A stretch of DNA of 64,000 nucleotides, taken from Malacoraja senta (taxonomy: Eukaryota). Below the pieces are notes generated by a model, which was not told the origin of the DNA, ran no database searches, and saw only the letters and a program-made list of their open reading frames with translations. Below, in pieces: positions 13,628 to 24,210 of this stretch. Each line of letters begins with the position of its first letter. Position 1 is the stretch's first letter. The DNA lies in contig CM075998.1 in assembly GCA_038087875.1 (NCBI GenBank), forward strand, positions 1-64,000. Direction: 5' to 3'. Position numbers and translations under genes: made by a program.

Positions 13628-13889
13628 CAAAGATCCTATAGGATCTTTGGTTGTGGCCCTGGTCCTCCAGGCCGCCAGGGGTAGGGTGCTGGTCCTCCAG
13701 GCCGCCAGGGGTAGGGTGCTGGTCCTCCAGGCCGCCAGGGGTAGGGTGCTGGTCCTCCCAGTCGCCAGGGGGATGATCCTGGTCCTCCCAGTCGCCAGGG
13801 GGAGGATGCTGGTTCTGGTGCCCCCCCCCCCCCCCCCCCGGCACCGGTGTGGCGCCTCTCGGCGGAATCCCGTCGCTATAGGATCTTTG
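13628..13889. mobile_element. MITE-like element with 14-bp terminal inverted repeats and an internal 30-bp minisatellite
   Basis: CAAAGATCCTATAG (13628) and CTATAGGATCTTTG (13876-13889); about five 30-bp units GGTCCTCCAGGCCGCCAGGGGTAGGGTGCT at 13661-13810. Confidence 0.55.
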
Positions 13890-14330
13890 GTTTAAAGAAC
13901 TGTTGACGGCGGCGGCGGCGGCGGCTCCTCCCGGGCCCAGCCCAGCCCAGCCCAGCGCAGCCTGGCGGGCGGGCGGGCGGGCGGTGAGTGGGTGAGTGCG
14001 GGTGGGCGGGCCGGGCCGGGCCGGGCCGGTGTGTTGGGCAGGACAGGCCGGGCTGGGCTGGGCTGGGCCGCCTGTCTGATGGCATCGCAGCCCGAGGGAG
14101 GGAGGGAGGACACGATCACGATGTGTGAGCCGCAGCCCAGCCCGGCACGGCCTTTGTTACCGGCCGCACTCGGCCGTTCACCCCGCAGCAGCAGCAGCAG
14201 CAACAGCGGCCTCCAGCCCGACCCGACCCGACCCGGTCAGGCAGTCAAGGCCCGGGGCTGGCGTGAGGGCAGCAGCGGTGGGGAGGGAGACGCTGCAGGT
14301 AGTTCCCCAGACTGGCCGCAAATAACTTTA

Positions 14331-14460
14331 TCAGAAGAAGGGTCTCGACCTGAAACGTCACCCATTACTATTCTCCAGAGACGCTGCCTGTCCCGCTGAG
14401 TTACTCCAGCATTTTGCGTCTATCTTCAATTTAAACCAGCATCTGCAGTTCCTTCTTACA
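14331..14460 (+). repeat. Penelope-type terminal repeat with degenerate hammerhead core
   Basis: CAGAAGAAGGGTCTCGACCTGAAACGTCA followed by the GCTGAGTTACTCCAGCA tail family. Confidence 0.65.
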
Positions 14461-14761
14461 TATTAGGAGGAACACAGGTTTATAAAATCATGAATGTAAT
14501 TGATATGCTGAATGTTTACCAAAGTCTTTTACCCAGAGTAGGTGATGAACACGAGAGCACATATGTTTTAGTGAGACAGAAAAGGTTTAATACGAACCTG
14601 ACGGGCCGCTTTTTCGCACAGAGCATGGTAGGGTGTATGGAACGAGCTACCAGAGTATATAGTTGAGGCAGGGACTATAACAACATTTAAAAGGTATTTG
14701 AACAGACATACATATGTCATAACTAATAGTAGCAGATTGAGACCATTAGGCCCATCAAGTC

Positions 14762-15303
14762 TGTGAGGTGCAAAAAACTGATTGCTCACAATCACGATGC
14801 TAGAGAATTTAGAGAAACAAGTTTATTTATTAACAAGTCTGCAGAGTCGGGTGCCTCCCCTGTTGAGACACACCGAGACCAGGAAAGTCACTCTCTTTTA
14901 TTCACACCATTTTACAATGGTTTACACCTTTAATTCCTCCCCTTCGGGCTCCTTCCAATCAGAGCACTGAGGTGCACAATCTAACCGTAACGCCCCGCAA
15001 CGCCCAGGGTACCTCCCAGATCATACATCGCATGTGCATTTAAATGAGACATCTTGTCATGATGGGTGTGTGTACATATTCATGTAAGTTCATTAGGCAT
15101 GTGCACAGAGAGTTATTCATGACCTTTATCCCAGTTCTATCCCGGACTGTCTCTTATCTCTTTTTCTCTCATCCTTGAAATGTCACCATTTGTACTCCCT
15201 ACATCTACTCCCTACTATATACTTTGTACTCCCTACATCTACTCCATACTATACAAAGGGTTCTTAGTTTAAATCAACTATACCTATTAACCCCTTCCTC
15301 ACA
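14762..15303 (-). repeat. 3' LTR of ERV-like copy B
   Basis: TGTGAG...CTCACA; nearly identical to 23155-23660 apart from a ~35-bp internal duplication near 15190-15255 and a few small changes. Confidence 0.95.
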
Positions 15304-15338
15304 ATCCACACTTTTACTTTTGCTACACAATCTTTGAT

Positions 15339-17232
15339 TTATACTATCCCCATTTCTAATGCTAACAGCAGATTCTTCGCCTCCCTATCTTCCTCTCGCT
15401 GGTCATACTGTGTTCTAAAGGCCATCATGGCGGCGTCATTCTTGGTCAGGGCTGTCTCTATCAATCGCTGAGACAACCCCCGTACGCAGGGAATGATACA
15501 ACATCCGACTAAACACAGCAACCCCATCATAAATACCACTGATGTTAGGGCTGATGTTAAGATGTGCTTCCATTTCCCAAACCAGGAGTTTAGAAACCCG
15601 GTCCAGGAGGTGTCTACTCCGGAGTTCTCGGCCAATTCGATAGACAGGGAGGTGAGACCTGCTAGGGCTCTCGATACTGACCCATCAGGAGCAGTGTTGT
15701 TGGGGATGAAGGTGCAACATTGTTCCCCAAACATTACACACACCCCTCCCTTCTCAGCCAGTAGCATGTCTAAGGCCATGCGAATTTGCCAGGCCATTAG
15801 GCTGATATCTGTCAGTTGTTCCGCTAATCCTTTAACTGCATCTCGAGTGTAATTTATAAAGCGTTGTTGATTGTAGTATAGGTAGTTGATCCAGTCCACA
15901 TTTTTATTAATTGTGAACCACCAGAAGAGTATGGACTCAAAGCCCGCAGCTATCTGGTTTCTGGCTTTGAATTCATCGGGTACCCCTCTTGGCACCCCTA
16001 TCGCATCTATATATATATGTGTGTGTCGAATGATCCTTTCACCCCTCTCTTTTGTCGTCGGCTTCCTTCATTGAGTTCTACAGCATGTTCTACTGCTATG
16101 ATGAAGGGCATCATCAGTCGTGTGAGGGTACAGGTTCCCGTCCATGACCCCGGTAACCGGGGCCACAGGGTATTCTCCCCGTACCAGACATCAGCTCTAC
16201 TGACTATCAGCTTTCTCAGCCAGGAGCTTTTGAACAGTGGTCCCTGTTCTTCAGCCGTTATGTTATACGTCTGATTGCAGTTGAGCACCTTCCCCATTTC
16301 CTGTCCATCTGGGTTATATCTGGTATAGCACTCAAATCCCTCCTCCCCAAGGGGAGTGGTAAATGGAGGAGGTCGAGGGTCTGTCCTTCGGCCCTTTGTA
16401 TTGTTGTTGCTAGCCGGGAATAGGTAATGATAACTCTGGCAGGTCGCATCCTTTGGTAGGATGGGATTCGTGAATAGCTGTAGTATACATGACATAGCCC
16501 CAGTTGTCCTATCCCAATTCAAGGGAAATGGTGCTGGAACCAGCTGAGGTTTAGCTCCGGCACAGGCGTAGCAATTGGTGTGTTGCATACTTCTGGCCGT
16601 GTACATCATCCAGGCAAGCCAGGTGTTGCCTCCCTTTCCTCCTGTAGGTATTCCCTCCTCATATAATTGCCTTAATTCTGTTTCTCCTGCTACTATCATT
16701 ATCTTCAAATCCTTAGGCTCATATTCCGTGGTGACATTGCTGACTACCGGTGGTGCTGGTGTTGCCCAGGGATCCCTACTCTGACTGTCATCTATCTGGA
16801 ACCTTTCCCTCCCATCCTCATATTTCACCATATTCCCGTCCCGCTTCACTTCTATCTCAAACCTCAGGCATGCGTCCTTCCCTGTTCTATCTGCACATAT
16901 CCAATACCTACCACTTTCCTGCATTTGAACACTCTGCTTACATATACGCGTCCTGGCAATCCCTCATTCGGGTTTTGATGTACTTTCCACCTATCAGTTT
17001 GATAGGTGGTTCGATGCCACCCATCTCTTGATGAAGTGAAGACTGCGTGCCAATTTCTACAGGGATGGGTGCATACATACATTCTATATCCACACCACCA
17101 TTTTCCTTTACATACATTAAATGGGATGGTGGTGTACCTTCTATTCTGTGGTATTGTGATTTTTATACATGTTATATTACTCACGAGTTGGGTAATCACC
17201 CAACACACGATCCACCAGCATGAAGTCTTCAT
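15339..17232 (-). pseudogene. env: Gamma/epsilon-type retroviral env, full length with two frameshifts
   Basis: Signal-like N-terminus MKTSCWWIVCWVITQLV, CYAC motif, furin site RRQKR, immunosuppressive-like QIRMALDMLLAEKGG, CX6CC (CVMFGEQCC), TM helix; frameshifts near 16900 and at the (TA)n at 16007-16018. Confidence 0.92.
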
Positions 17233-17620
17233 TTTCCGTGCGGGGTCTTGGTGAATACCAAAGTCAATGGTTCCTTCCCTTTGCGCACAGTCCACGGGCT
17301 GATATTGTCTGGTGGGGCCTCCACAGGACCCTTAAATCGGCTTGCATATGTCCACTCTTTCTCTTTTGTTCGTACTGCTGTCTCGGTGATTAGTAACACC
17401 AGGTAGGGTCCAGTCCACTTAGGTTCCAGCTTTTCTTCTTTCCACGTTTTTATTAATACCCAGTCTCCAGCCTTTACTGAGTAAATCGGGAAGTCCAGTG
17501 GTGGGCTCTGTGCCAGCAGCCCTTTGGTTCTTAATTCTGTAATAGAACGAGATACTGCCAGTAAATAGTTCCTTAGGAATACATCATTCCCTTGTATTGT
17601 TTGGACCCCTTCTATCTTTC
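17229..17620 (-). pseudogene. Integrase C-terminal domain of the env-donor lineage
   Basis: GDWVLIKTWKEEKLEPKWTGPYLVLLITETAVRTKEKEWTYASRFK, open and overlapping the env start; equivalent at 9848-10240. Confidence 0.85.
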
Positions 17621-17626
17621 CTAAAT

Positions 17627-18472
17627 AATAAAGACCTAACTTGTTCAACCTTTCTCTGTGTCTTAGTTGCTGAAACCCAGTCAACATTCCAATTGATCTC
17701 CTCTGTACTCTCTCTATTTTGTTGACCTTTTTCCTATAATTATGCCTACCAAAATTATACAGCATACTCCACAATTGACCTCACCAATATCTTGTACAAT
17801 TTAACATTACAACCCAACTTCTATACACAATGCTCTTCATTCCTCAATTCACAATCATTTACCATGTACGTCCAATTTTGATTTGTCCTGCCAAGATGTA
17901 TTACCTCACACTTATCAACATTAAACCTATCTTTCATGTTTCAACCCACTCTTCCAAATGACCTAAATCTCTCTCTACACTTTTAAAATCTACTTCAATA
18001 TTCACAACACCACCTATCTTAGTATCATCTACATACTTATTAATCTATTTTACCACACCAACATCCAGATTATTGATTCACATGACAAACAACAGTGGAT
18101 CCAACACACATCCCTGAGGTACCCCTCTAGTCACTGACCTCCAACCTGACAAACATCCATCCACCATTGCTCTCTGACATCTGCCATACAGCCACTTTTT
18201 TTAATCCATCTTGCTATTCCTTACTAACCCTTCTTAACCAACCTTATTTCCTTATTGAACCTTGTCAAAGGCCTTACACAAGTTCATCTAGACAACATCC
18301 ACCACTTTACCCTCATCAATTTCCCTAATAAACTTCTAAAAAAATTCAAGATTAGTCAAACATCACAATCACAAATCCATGCTAATTCTTCCTAATCCTA
18401 CCCTATTTATCCAAATTCTTATATATTGTCTTAAGTATCCATTCCATTATTTTGCCCACCACTGATGTCAAA
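17627..18472 (-). mobile_element. Captured, diverged CR1 RT fragment inside copy B
   Basis: NYRKKVNKIERVQRR...RERLNKLGLY peptide; aligns to young CR1 19498-20462; shared with copy A. Confidence 0.88.
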
Positions 18473-18554
18473 CAACGTTCTTGTTAAAACTCTACTCTTT
18501 TCTCATATCTTTGTCCTCCTGTTCACTTACCTCAGGGCTATTATCTATTCATAC

Positions 18555-19078
18555 CTGCGGGACAGCCCTCATGTAATTATTGAAATGGTACCAGGTATAT
18601 CAACCTTCTACCTGAACATCGGTCGGTAGTTTAGAAAACTCATACATACACCTTGTCTTCAGGTTTAAAGGGTCCTTCCTCCTGGTCCACCTCCAACAGC
18701 TTTTACTTTACCTGTTCATAAATAGACTTGTATATCATAATTAACTGTTTCATATACTTTTTAAATTCTATCTTTAACTGTTCCAAACTCAGTCTCTTGT
18801 AGGGACCTCTCCATTGTGCCACCTGCTCAGTTAGTTTGCATGCAACATCTCTTCAGTGCCAATGGCAGGACATCGATCCAATTCAACTTTGTAATTAAAC
18901 AAATCTTATTTATATTAACCTTCAATGTTCCATTTATTCTTTCCACCATGCCTGTGACTGCAGGTGTTACATACTCAAATGTGTATTTTTACTCTAAGGG
19001 GCTCTATTGCCAACTTAGCTACTCCCTAAATGAAAACAATCCGTTGTCAAAGCTGATTTCTGTAGGTCTACCAAACCC
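18555..19078 (-). pseudogene. Decayed integrase core and C-terminus of the backbone lineage
   Basis: [25 protein letters not shown], EEGPFKPEDKVYV and PTDVQVEG-TWYH read across frames; equivalent at ~11265-11770. Confidence 0.75.
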
Positions 19079-19079
19079 C

Positions 19080-21790
19080 ATATACCATATAACCATTACA
19101 GCACGGAAACAGGCCATCTCGGCCCTTCAAGTCCGTGCCGAACATTTTTTTAAAATAAATAAATACTTCCCCCTAGTCCCATCTACCTGCACTCAGACCA
19201 TAACCCTCCATTCCTTTCCCGTCCATATACCCATCCAATCTATTTTTAAAGGATAATATCGAACCAGCCTCCACCACTTCCACTGGAAGCTCATTCCACA
19301 CAGCCACCACTCTCTGAGTAAAGAAGTTCCCCCTAATGTTACCCCTAAACTTCTGTCCCTTAATTCTCAAGTCATGTCCCCTTGTTTGAATCTTCCCTAC
19401 TCTCAATGGAAAAAGCTTATCCACGTCAACTCTGTCTAACCCGCTCATAATTTTAAAGACCTCTATCGTCCCCTCTTAACCTTCTGCGCTCCAAAGAATA
19501 AAGACCTAACTTGTTCAACCTTTCTCTGTAACTTAGTTGCTGAAACCCAGGCAACATTCTAGTATTTTGTTCTCTCTATTTTGTTGTCATCCTTCCTATA
19601 ATTAGGCGACCAAAATTGTACTCCATACTCCAGAATTGGCCTCACCAATGCCTTGTACAATTTTAACATTACATCCCAACTTCTATATTCAATGCTCTGA
19701 TTTATAAAGGCCAGCACACCAAAAGCTTTCTTTACCACCCTATCTACATGAGATTCCACCTTCAGGGATCTATGCACAGTTATTCCTAGATCCCTCTGTT
19801 CAACTGCATTCCTCAATTCCCTTCCATTTACCATGTACGTCCTATTTTGATTTGTCCTGCCGAGATGTAGTACCTCACATTTATCAGCATTAAACTCCAT
19901 CTGCCATCTTTCAGCCCACTCTTCCAAATGGCCTAAATCTCTCTGTAGACTTTGAAAATCTACTTCATTATCCACCACACCACCTATCTTAGTATCATCT
20001 GCATACTTACTAATCCAATTTTCCACACCATCATCCAGATCATTGATGTACATGACAAACAACAGTGGACCCAACACAGACCCCTGAGGCACCCCACTAG
20101 TCACCGGCCTCCAACCTGACAAACAGCCATCCACCATTACACTCTGGCATCTCCCATTCAGCCACTGTTGAATCCATCTTGCTACTCCACCATTAATACC
20201 CAACAATTGAATCTTCTTAACCAACCTTCCATGAGGAACCTTGTCAAAGGCCTTACTGAAGTCCATATAGACAACATCCACTGCTTTACCCTCATCAATT
20301 TCCCTAGTAACCTCTTCGAAAAATTCTAGAAGGTTAGTCAAACATGACCTTCCAGGCACAAATCCATGTTGACTGTTCCTAATCAGACCCTGCTTATCCA
20401 GATGCATATATATATTATCTTTAAGTATCCTTTCCATTAATTTGCCCACCACTGACGTCAAACTAACAGGTCTATAATTGCTAGGTTTACTCTTAGAACC
20501 CTTTTTAAACAACGGAACAACATGCGCAGTACGCCAATCCTCCGGCACTATTCCCATTTCTAATGACATTTGAAATATTTCTGTCATAGCCCCTTCTATT
20601 TCTACACTAACTTCCCTCAATGTCCTCGGGAATATCCTGTCAGGACCTGGAGACTTATCCGTTTTCATATTTTTCAAAAGTGGCCGCACCTCCTCTTCTT
20701 TGAATCTCATAGTTTCCATTGCTACTCTGCTCGTTTCCCTTACCTCACATAATTCCATATCCTTCTCCTTGGTGAATACCGAAGAAAAGAAATTGTTCAG
20801 TATCTCCCCCATCTCTTTTGGCTCTGCAGATAGCTGTCCACTCTGACTCTCTAATGGACCAATTTTATTCCTTGTTATCCTTTTGCTATTAATATAGCTG
20901 TAGAAACCCTTTGGATTTACTTTCACCTTACTTGCCAAAGCAACCTCATATCTTCTTTTAGCTTTTCTAATTTCTTTCTTAATATTCTTTTTACATTCTT
21001 TATACTCCTCAAGCACCTCATTTACTCCATGCTGCCTATAATTATTGTAGCTCTCTCTTTTTCCGAACCAAGTGTCCAATTTCCCTTCAAAATCATGGCT
21101 CTTTCCAATTTTTACAATTTCCTTTCAACCGAACAGGGACATAAAGATTCTGTACTCTTAAAATTTCAACTTTAAATGTCCTCCATTTCCTTTCTACATC
21201 CTTCCCATAAAACAACATGTCCCAATTCACTCCTTTTAAATCCTTTCGCATCTCCTCAAAGTTAGCCTTTCTCCAATCAAAAATCTCAACCCTAGGTCCA
21301 GTTCTGACCCTCTCCATAATTATATTGAAACTAATGGTATTGTGATCACTGGACCCGAAGTGCTCCCCAACGCTTACCTCCACCACCTGCCCTGTCTCAT
21401 TTCCTAACAGGAGGTCCAGCACTGCCCCTTCTCTAGTAGGCACCTCTATGTATTGCTGCAAAAAACTATCCTGCAGACATTTTACAAACTCCAAACCATC
21501 CAGCCCTTTTACAGAATGTGTTTCCCAGTCTATGTGTGGAAAATTGAAATCTCCCGCAATCACTACCTTGTGCTTACTACTAATATCTGCTATCTCCTTA
21601 CATATTTGCTCTTCCGATTCTCGCTCCCCATTTGGCGGTCTATAATACACCCCTATAAGTGTTGCTACACCTTTCCCATTTCTCAGCTCCACCCAAATAG
21701 CCTCCCTAGACGAGCCCTCTAATCTATCCTGCCAAAGCACTGCTGTAATATCTTCCTTGACAAGCAATGCAACACCCCCACCTCTTGCCC
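19080..21790 (-). mobile_element. Young 5'-truncated CR1 LINE nested in ERV-like copy B
   Basis: Endonuclease ORF 21093-21767 (GDFN, SDH), RT ORF 19559-21079 (YADD), 3' tail; absent at the equivalent site in copy A (11755-11765). Confidence 0.95.
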
Positions 21791-23133
21791 CTCTTAATTA
21801 CCTTATTCGTCATAAACGACACTACAGGGCTTATACCTAATCTAGTCTGAACTATATCCTGCCTTTTCCCAAGTTTATCATCCTCTGTCCTACATTCTGA
21901 AGTATTTTTTCATTTTAAATCTCTCTCTCTCTCTCTCTGTCTATGTCTCTCTCTCTGTCTCTCTCTGTCTCTCTCTCTCTCCTCTCTCTCTCTATGTCTC
22001 TGTCTCTCTCTGTCTCTCTGTCTCTCACCCTCTCTGTCTGTCTCTCACTCTCTTCTCGCTCTGCCTGTCTGTCTCTGTTTCTCTTTAAAGCAGTCTCATC
22101 ACTTTATCCCAATGCTTCCAACTTTAATCCTTTCTGGTATGCCTTCTTTCTTATTCTAAACTCAATTTCTTGCTTCTCAAATATTCTAGCCTCCTTGCAA
22201 ATTCATTCACCTTTGTTTCTAAACTTGAATGTTTACCAATTAACTTTTTTCCAATTATTTCAATCCATATTCACCACTATTTAAAATGTCCAATTCCTAG
22301 CACTAGTAACAATTTTCCAAATTATCTTTACTGACTAGAAATCTAAAAGAACATCCACTTCTAGGCTACGAGGATACAAACAATTAATCGTTATCTTACA
22401 GCTGTCCGTCGCCTTTCACCATGACCTAATTTATTTAAAGGAACATACACCTACCTAAAGTGAACATTTTTGATTCTAATAAAACTTACTTACTTACTCT
22501 TACAATGTGGTCTACAAATACAATAAACAAAATATTTATCACATATATAAACTTCCTCTTTCATTCCAAACCGGTTTTTACACACAAATCACATTCGTTC
22601 CATTCTTACTTCAAATAAATGCAACATCTTTTACATGTATTAAAACTCAAAATAACAGAATCAAATCATTTTTGTCTTCTCCAATCCCTGGGTATTTCTC
22701 TGCCCCCAGAGGCTCAGCATTCGCCCCAACGGACTATCAGGCAGAATGCGGGGGTCGGGCTTACCGCCCTTCCCCTCCCTTTTGGGCTTTCCGTTCTCAT
22801 TGCCCATCCTCCCGATCGGAATTTCCCCCCGATCTATTTTCCTGCCTTGCCCGTACAGACCCCTGAATTCTTCAGGGCGGTATCCACAAGGTCTTATCCC
22901 AATCGCCCGAGAAATACTTAATAGTCAGTTTTCTTACCCGGGTCTTGTGCTCAAGAATCACTCGATTTGGCTCCTCGCGATTTCCAACTACTCCCACTTG
23001 TTTCTCTAATCTCTGTTCCTGGATATCACTCGCCCAAACCGCTGACGGCAAGCAAGGGGGTCCAGGGCCGCTGAATCAGCAGGGTGCACCGTCCCTTCAC
23101 CCGTATACCGTCGCCCAGCTGGCCGGAGTGGCA

Positions 23134-23152
23134 ATCCCGAGACGAGCCCCCA
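23134..23152 (-). promoter_or_regulatory. Primer-binding site, tRNA-Pro type (copy B)
   Basis: TGGGGGCTCGTCTCGGGAT, 2 nt inside the 5' LTR. Confidence 0.88.
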
Positions 23153-23154
23153 TC

Positions 23155-23660
23155 TGTGAGGTGCAAAAAACTGATTGCTCACAATCACGATGCTAGAGAA
23201 TTTAGAGAAACAAGTTTATTTATTAGCAAGTCTGCAGAGTCGGGTGCCTCCCCTGTTGAGACACACCGAGACCAGGAAAGTCACTCTCTTTTATACACCA
23301 TTTTACAATGGTTTACACCTTTAATTCCTCCCCTTCGGGCTCCTTCCAATCAGAGCACTGAGGTGCACAATCTAACCGTAACGCCCCGCAACGCCCAGGG
23401 TACCTCCCAGATCATACATCGCATGTGCATTTAAATGAGACATCTTGTCATGATGGGTGTGTGTACATATTCATGTAAGTTCATTAGGCATGTGCACAGA
23501 GAGTTATTCATGACCTTTATCCCAGTTCTATCCCGGACTGTCTCTTATCTCTTTTTCTCTCATCCTTGAAATGTCACCATTTGTACTCCCTACATCTACT
23601 CCCTACTATACAAAGGGTTCTTAGTTTAAATCAATTATACCTATTAACCCCTTCCTCACA
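23155..23660 (-). repeat. 5' LTR of ERV-like copy B
   Basis: Direct repeat of 14762-15303, adjacent to PBS. Confidence 0.95.
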
Positions 23661-23716
23661 AAGTCTATTTCAGCATTCAATCATTGCTGATCTATCTCTC
23701 CCAACAAAACCAATTG

Positions 23717-24210
23717 TCAAGTCAAGTCACATTTATTTCTATAGCACATTTAAAAAACAACTCTCGTTGGCCAAAGTGCTTTACATTTGTTATAAGAATA
23801 GCACAACAAAACAAACTACATACATATATACATGTAGCCCTCACTCAGAGGATGTCAGGAAAGGCTTGGGAGTATAGATAAGTCTTTAGTCTTGAGTTAA
23901 AGGAGTCGATGGAGGGGGCAGTTCTGATGGGAAAGGGGGATGCTGTTCCACAGTTTAGGGGCTGCAACCGCAAAGGTGCGGTCGCCCCTGAGCTTATGCC
24001 TAGACCGTGGGATATTCAGCAATCCCAAGTTGGCCGATCTGAGGGGCCTGGAGGTGGAGTGGTGGGTGAGAAGACTTTTGATGTAGGTGTGGGCAAGCCC
24101 ATTGAGGGCTTTGTAGACATGGAGGAGGATCTTGAAGTTTATACGGAACCAACCGCACAGGGAGCCAGTGGAGAGAGGCCAGGATCGGGATGATGTGGTC
24201 CCTTTTTCGG
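23717..24210 (-). mobile_element. L2-clade LINE 3' fragment
   Basis: GDRTFAVAAPKLWNSIP peptide and (TTGAC)n tail; same family as 45294-50112. Confidence 0.88.

Larger units (their letters stand above)
14762..23660 (-). mobile_element. Non-autonomous ERV-like element, copy B, with near-complete env and a nested young CR1
   Basis: LTRs 14762-15303 and 23155-23660, tRNA-Pro PBS, perfect AAGTC flanking repeat (14757-14761, 23661-23665), inserted in a CR1 tail; no PR/RT/RNase H of its own. Confidence 0.94.

Noticed and set aside
13661..13810. 30-bp repeats as a CRISPR array
   Set aside because: Contiguous tandem units without unique spacers; eukaryotic context, no cas genes
13876..14399. Pro/Ala/Gly-rich ORFs in the GC-rich tract; similar ORFs at 40307-40923 and 54099-54602
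   Set aside because: Low-complexity sequence with few stops, inside or next to repeat elements
15339..17232. Domesticated syncytin-like env gene
   Set aside because: Two frameshifts, and it lies in a young provirus with nearly identical LTRs; no evidence of orthologous conservation
19080..21790. CR1 RT serving as the replicase of ERV-like copy B
   Set aside because: Ordinary later insertion: has its own 3' tail, is frameshifted and is absent from copy A
21920..22080. Ser/Leu-rich ORF 21943-22284
   Set aside because: (CT)n microsatellite expansion inside the ERV gag relic
8350..23660. Copies A and B as a tandem segmental duplication or assembly error
   Set aside because: Different LTR types, flanks, target duplications and internal deletions
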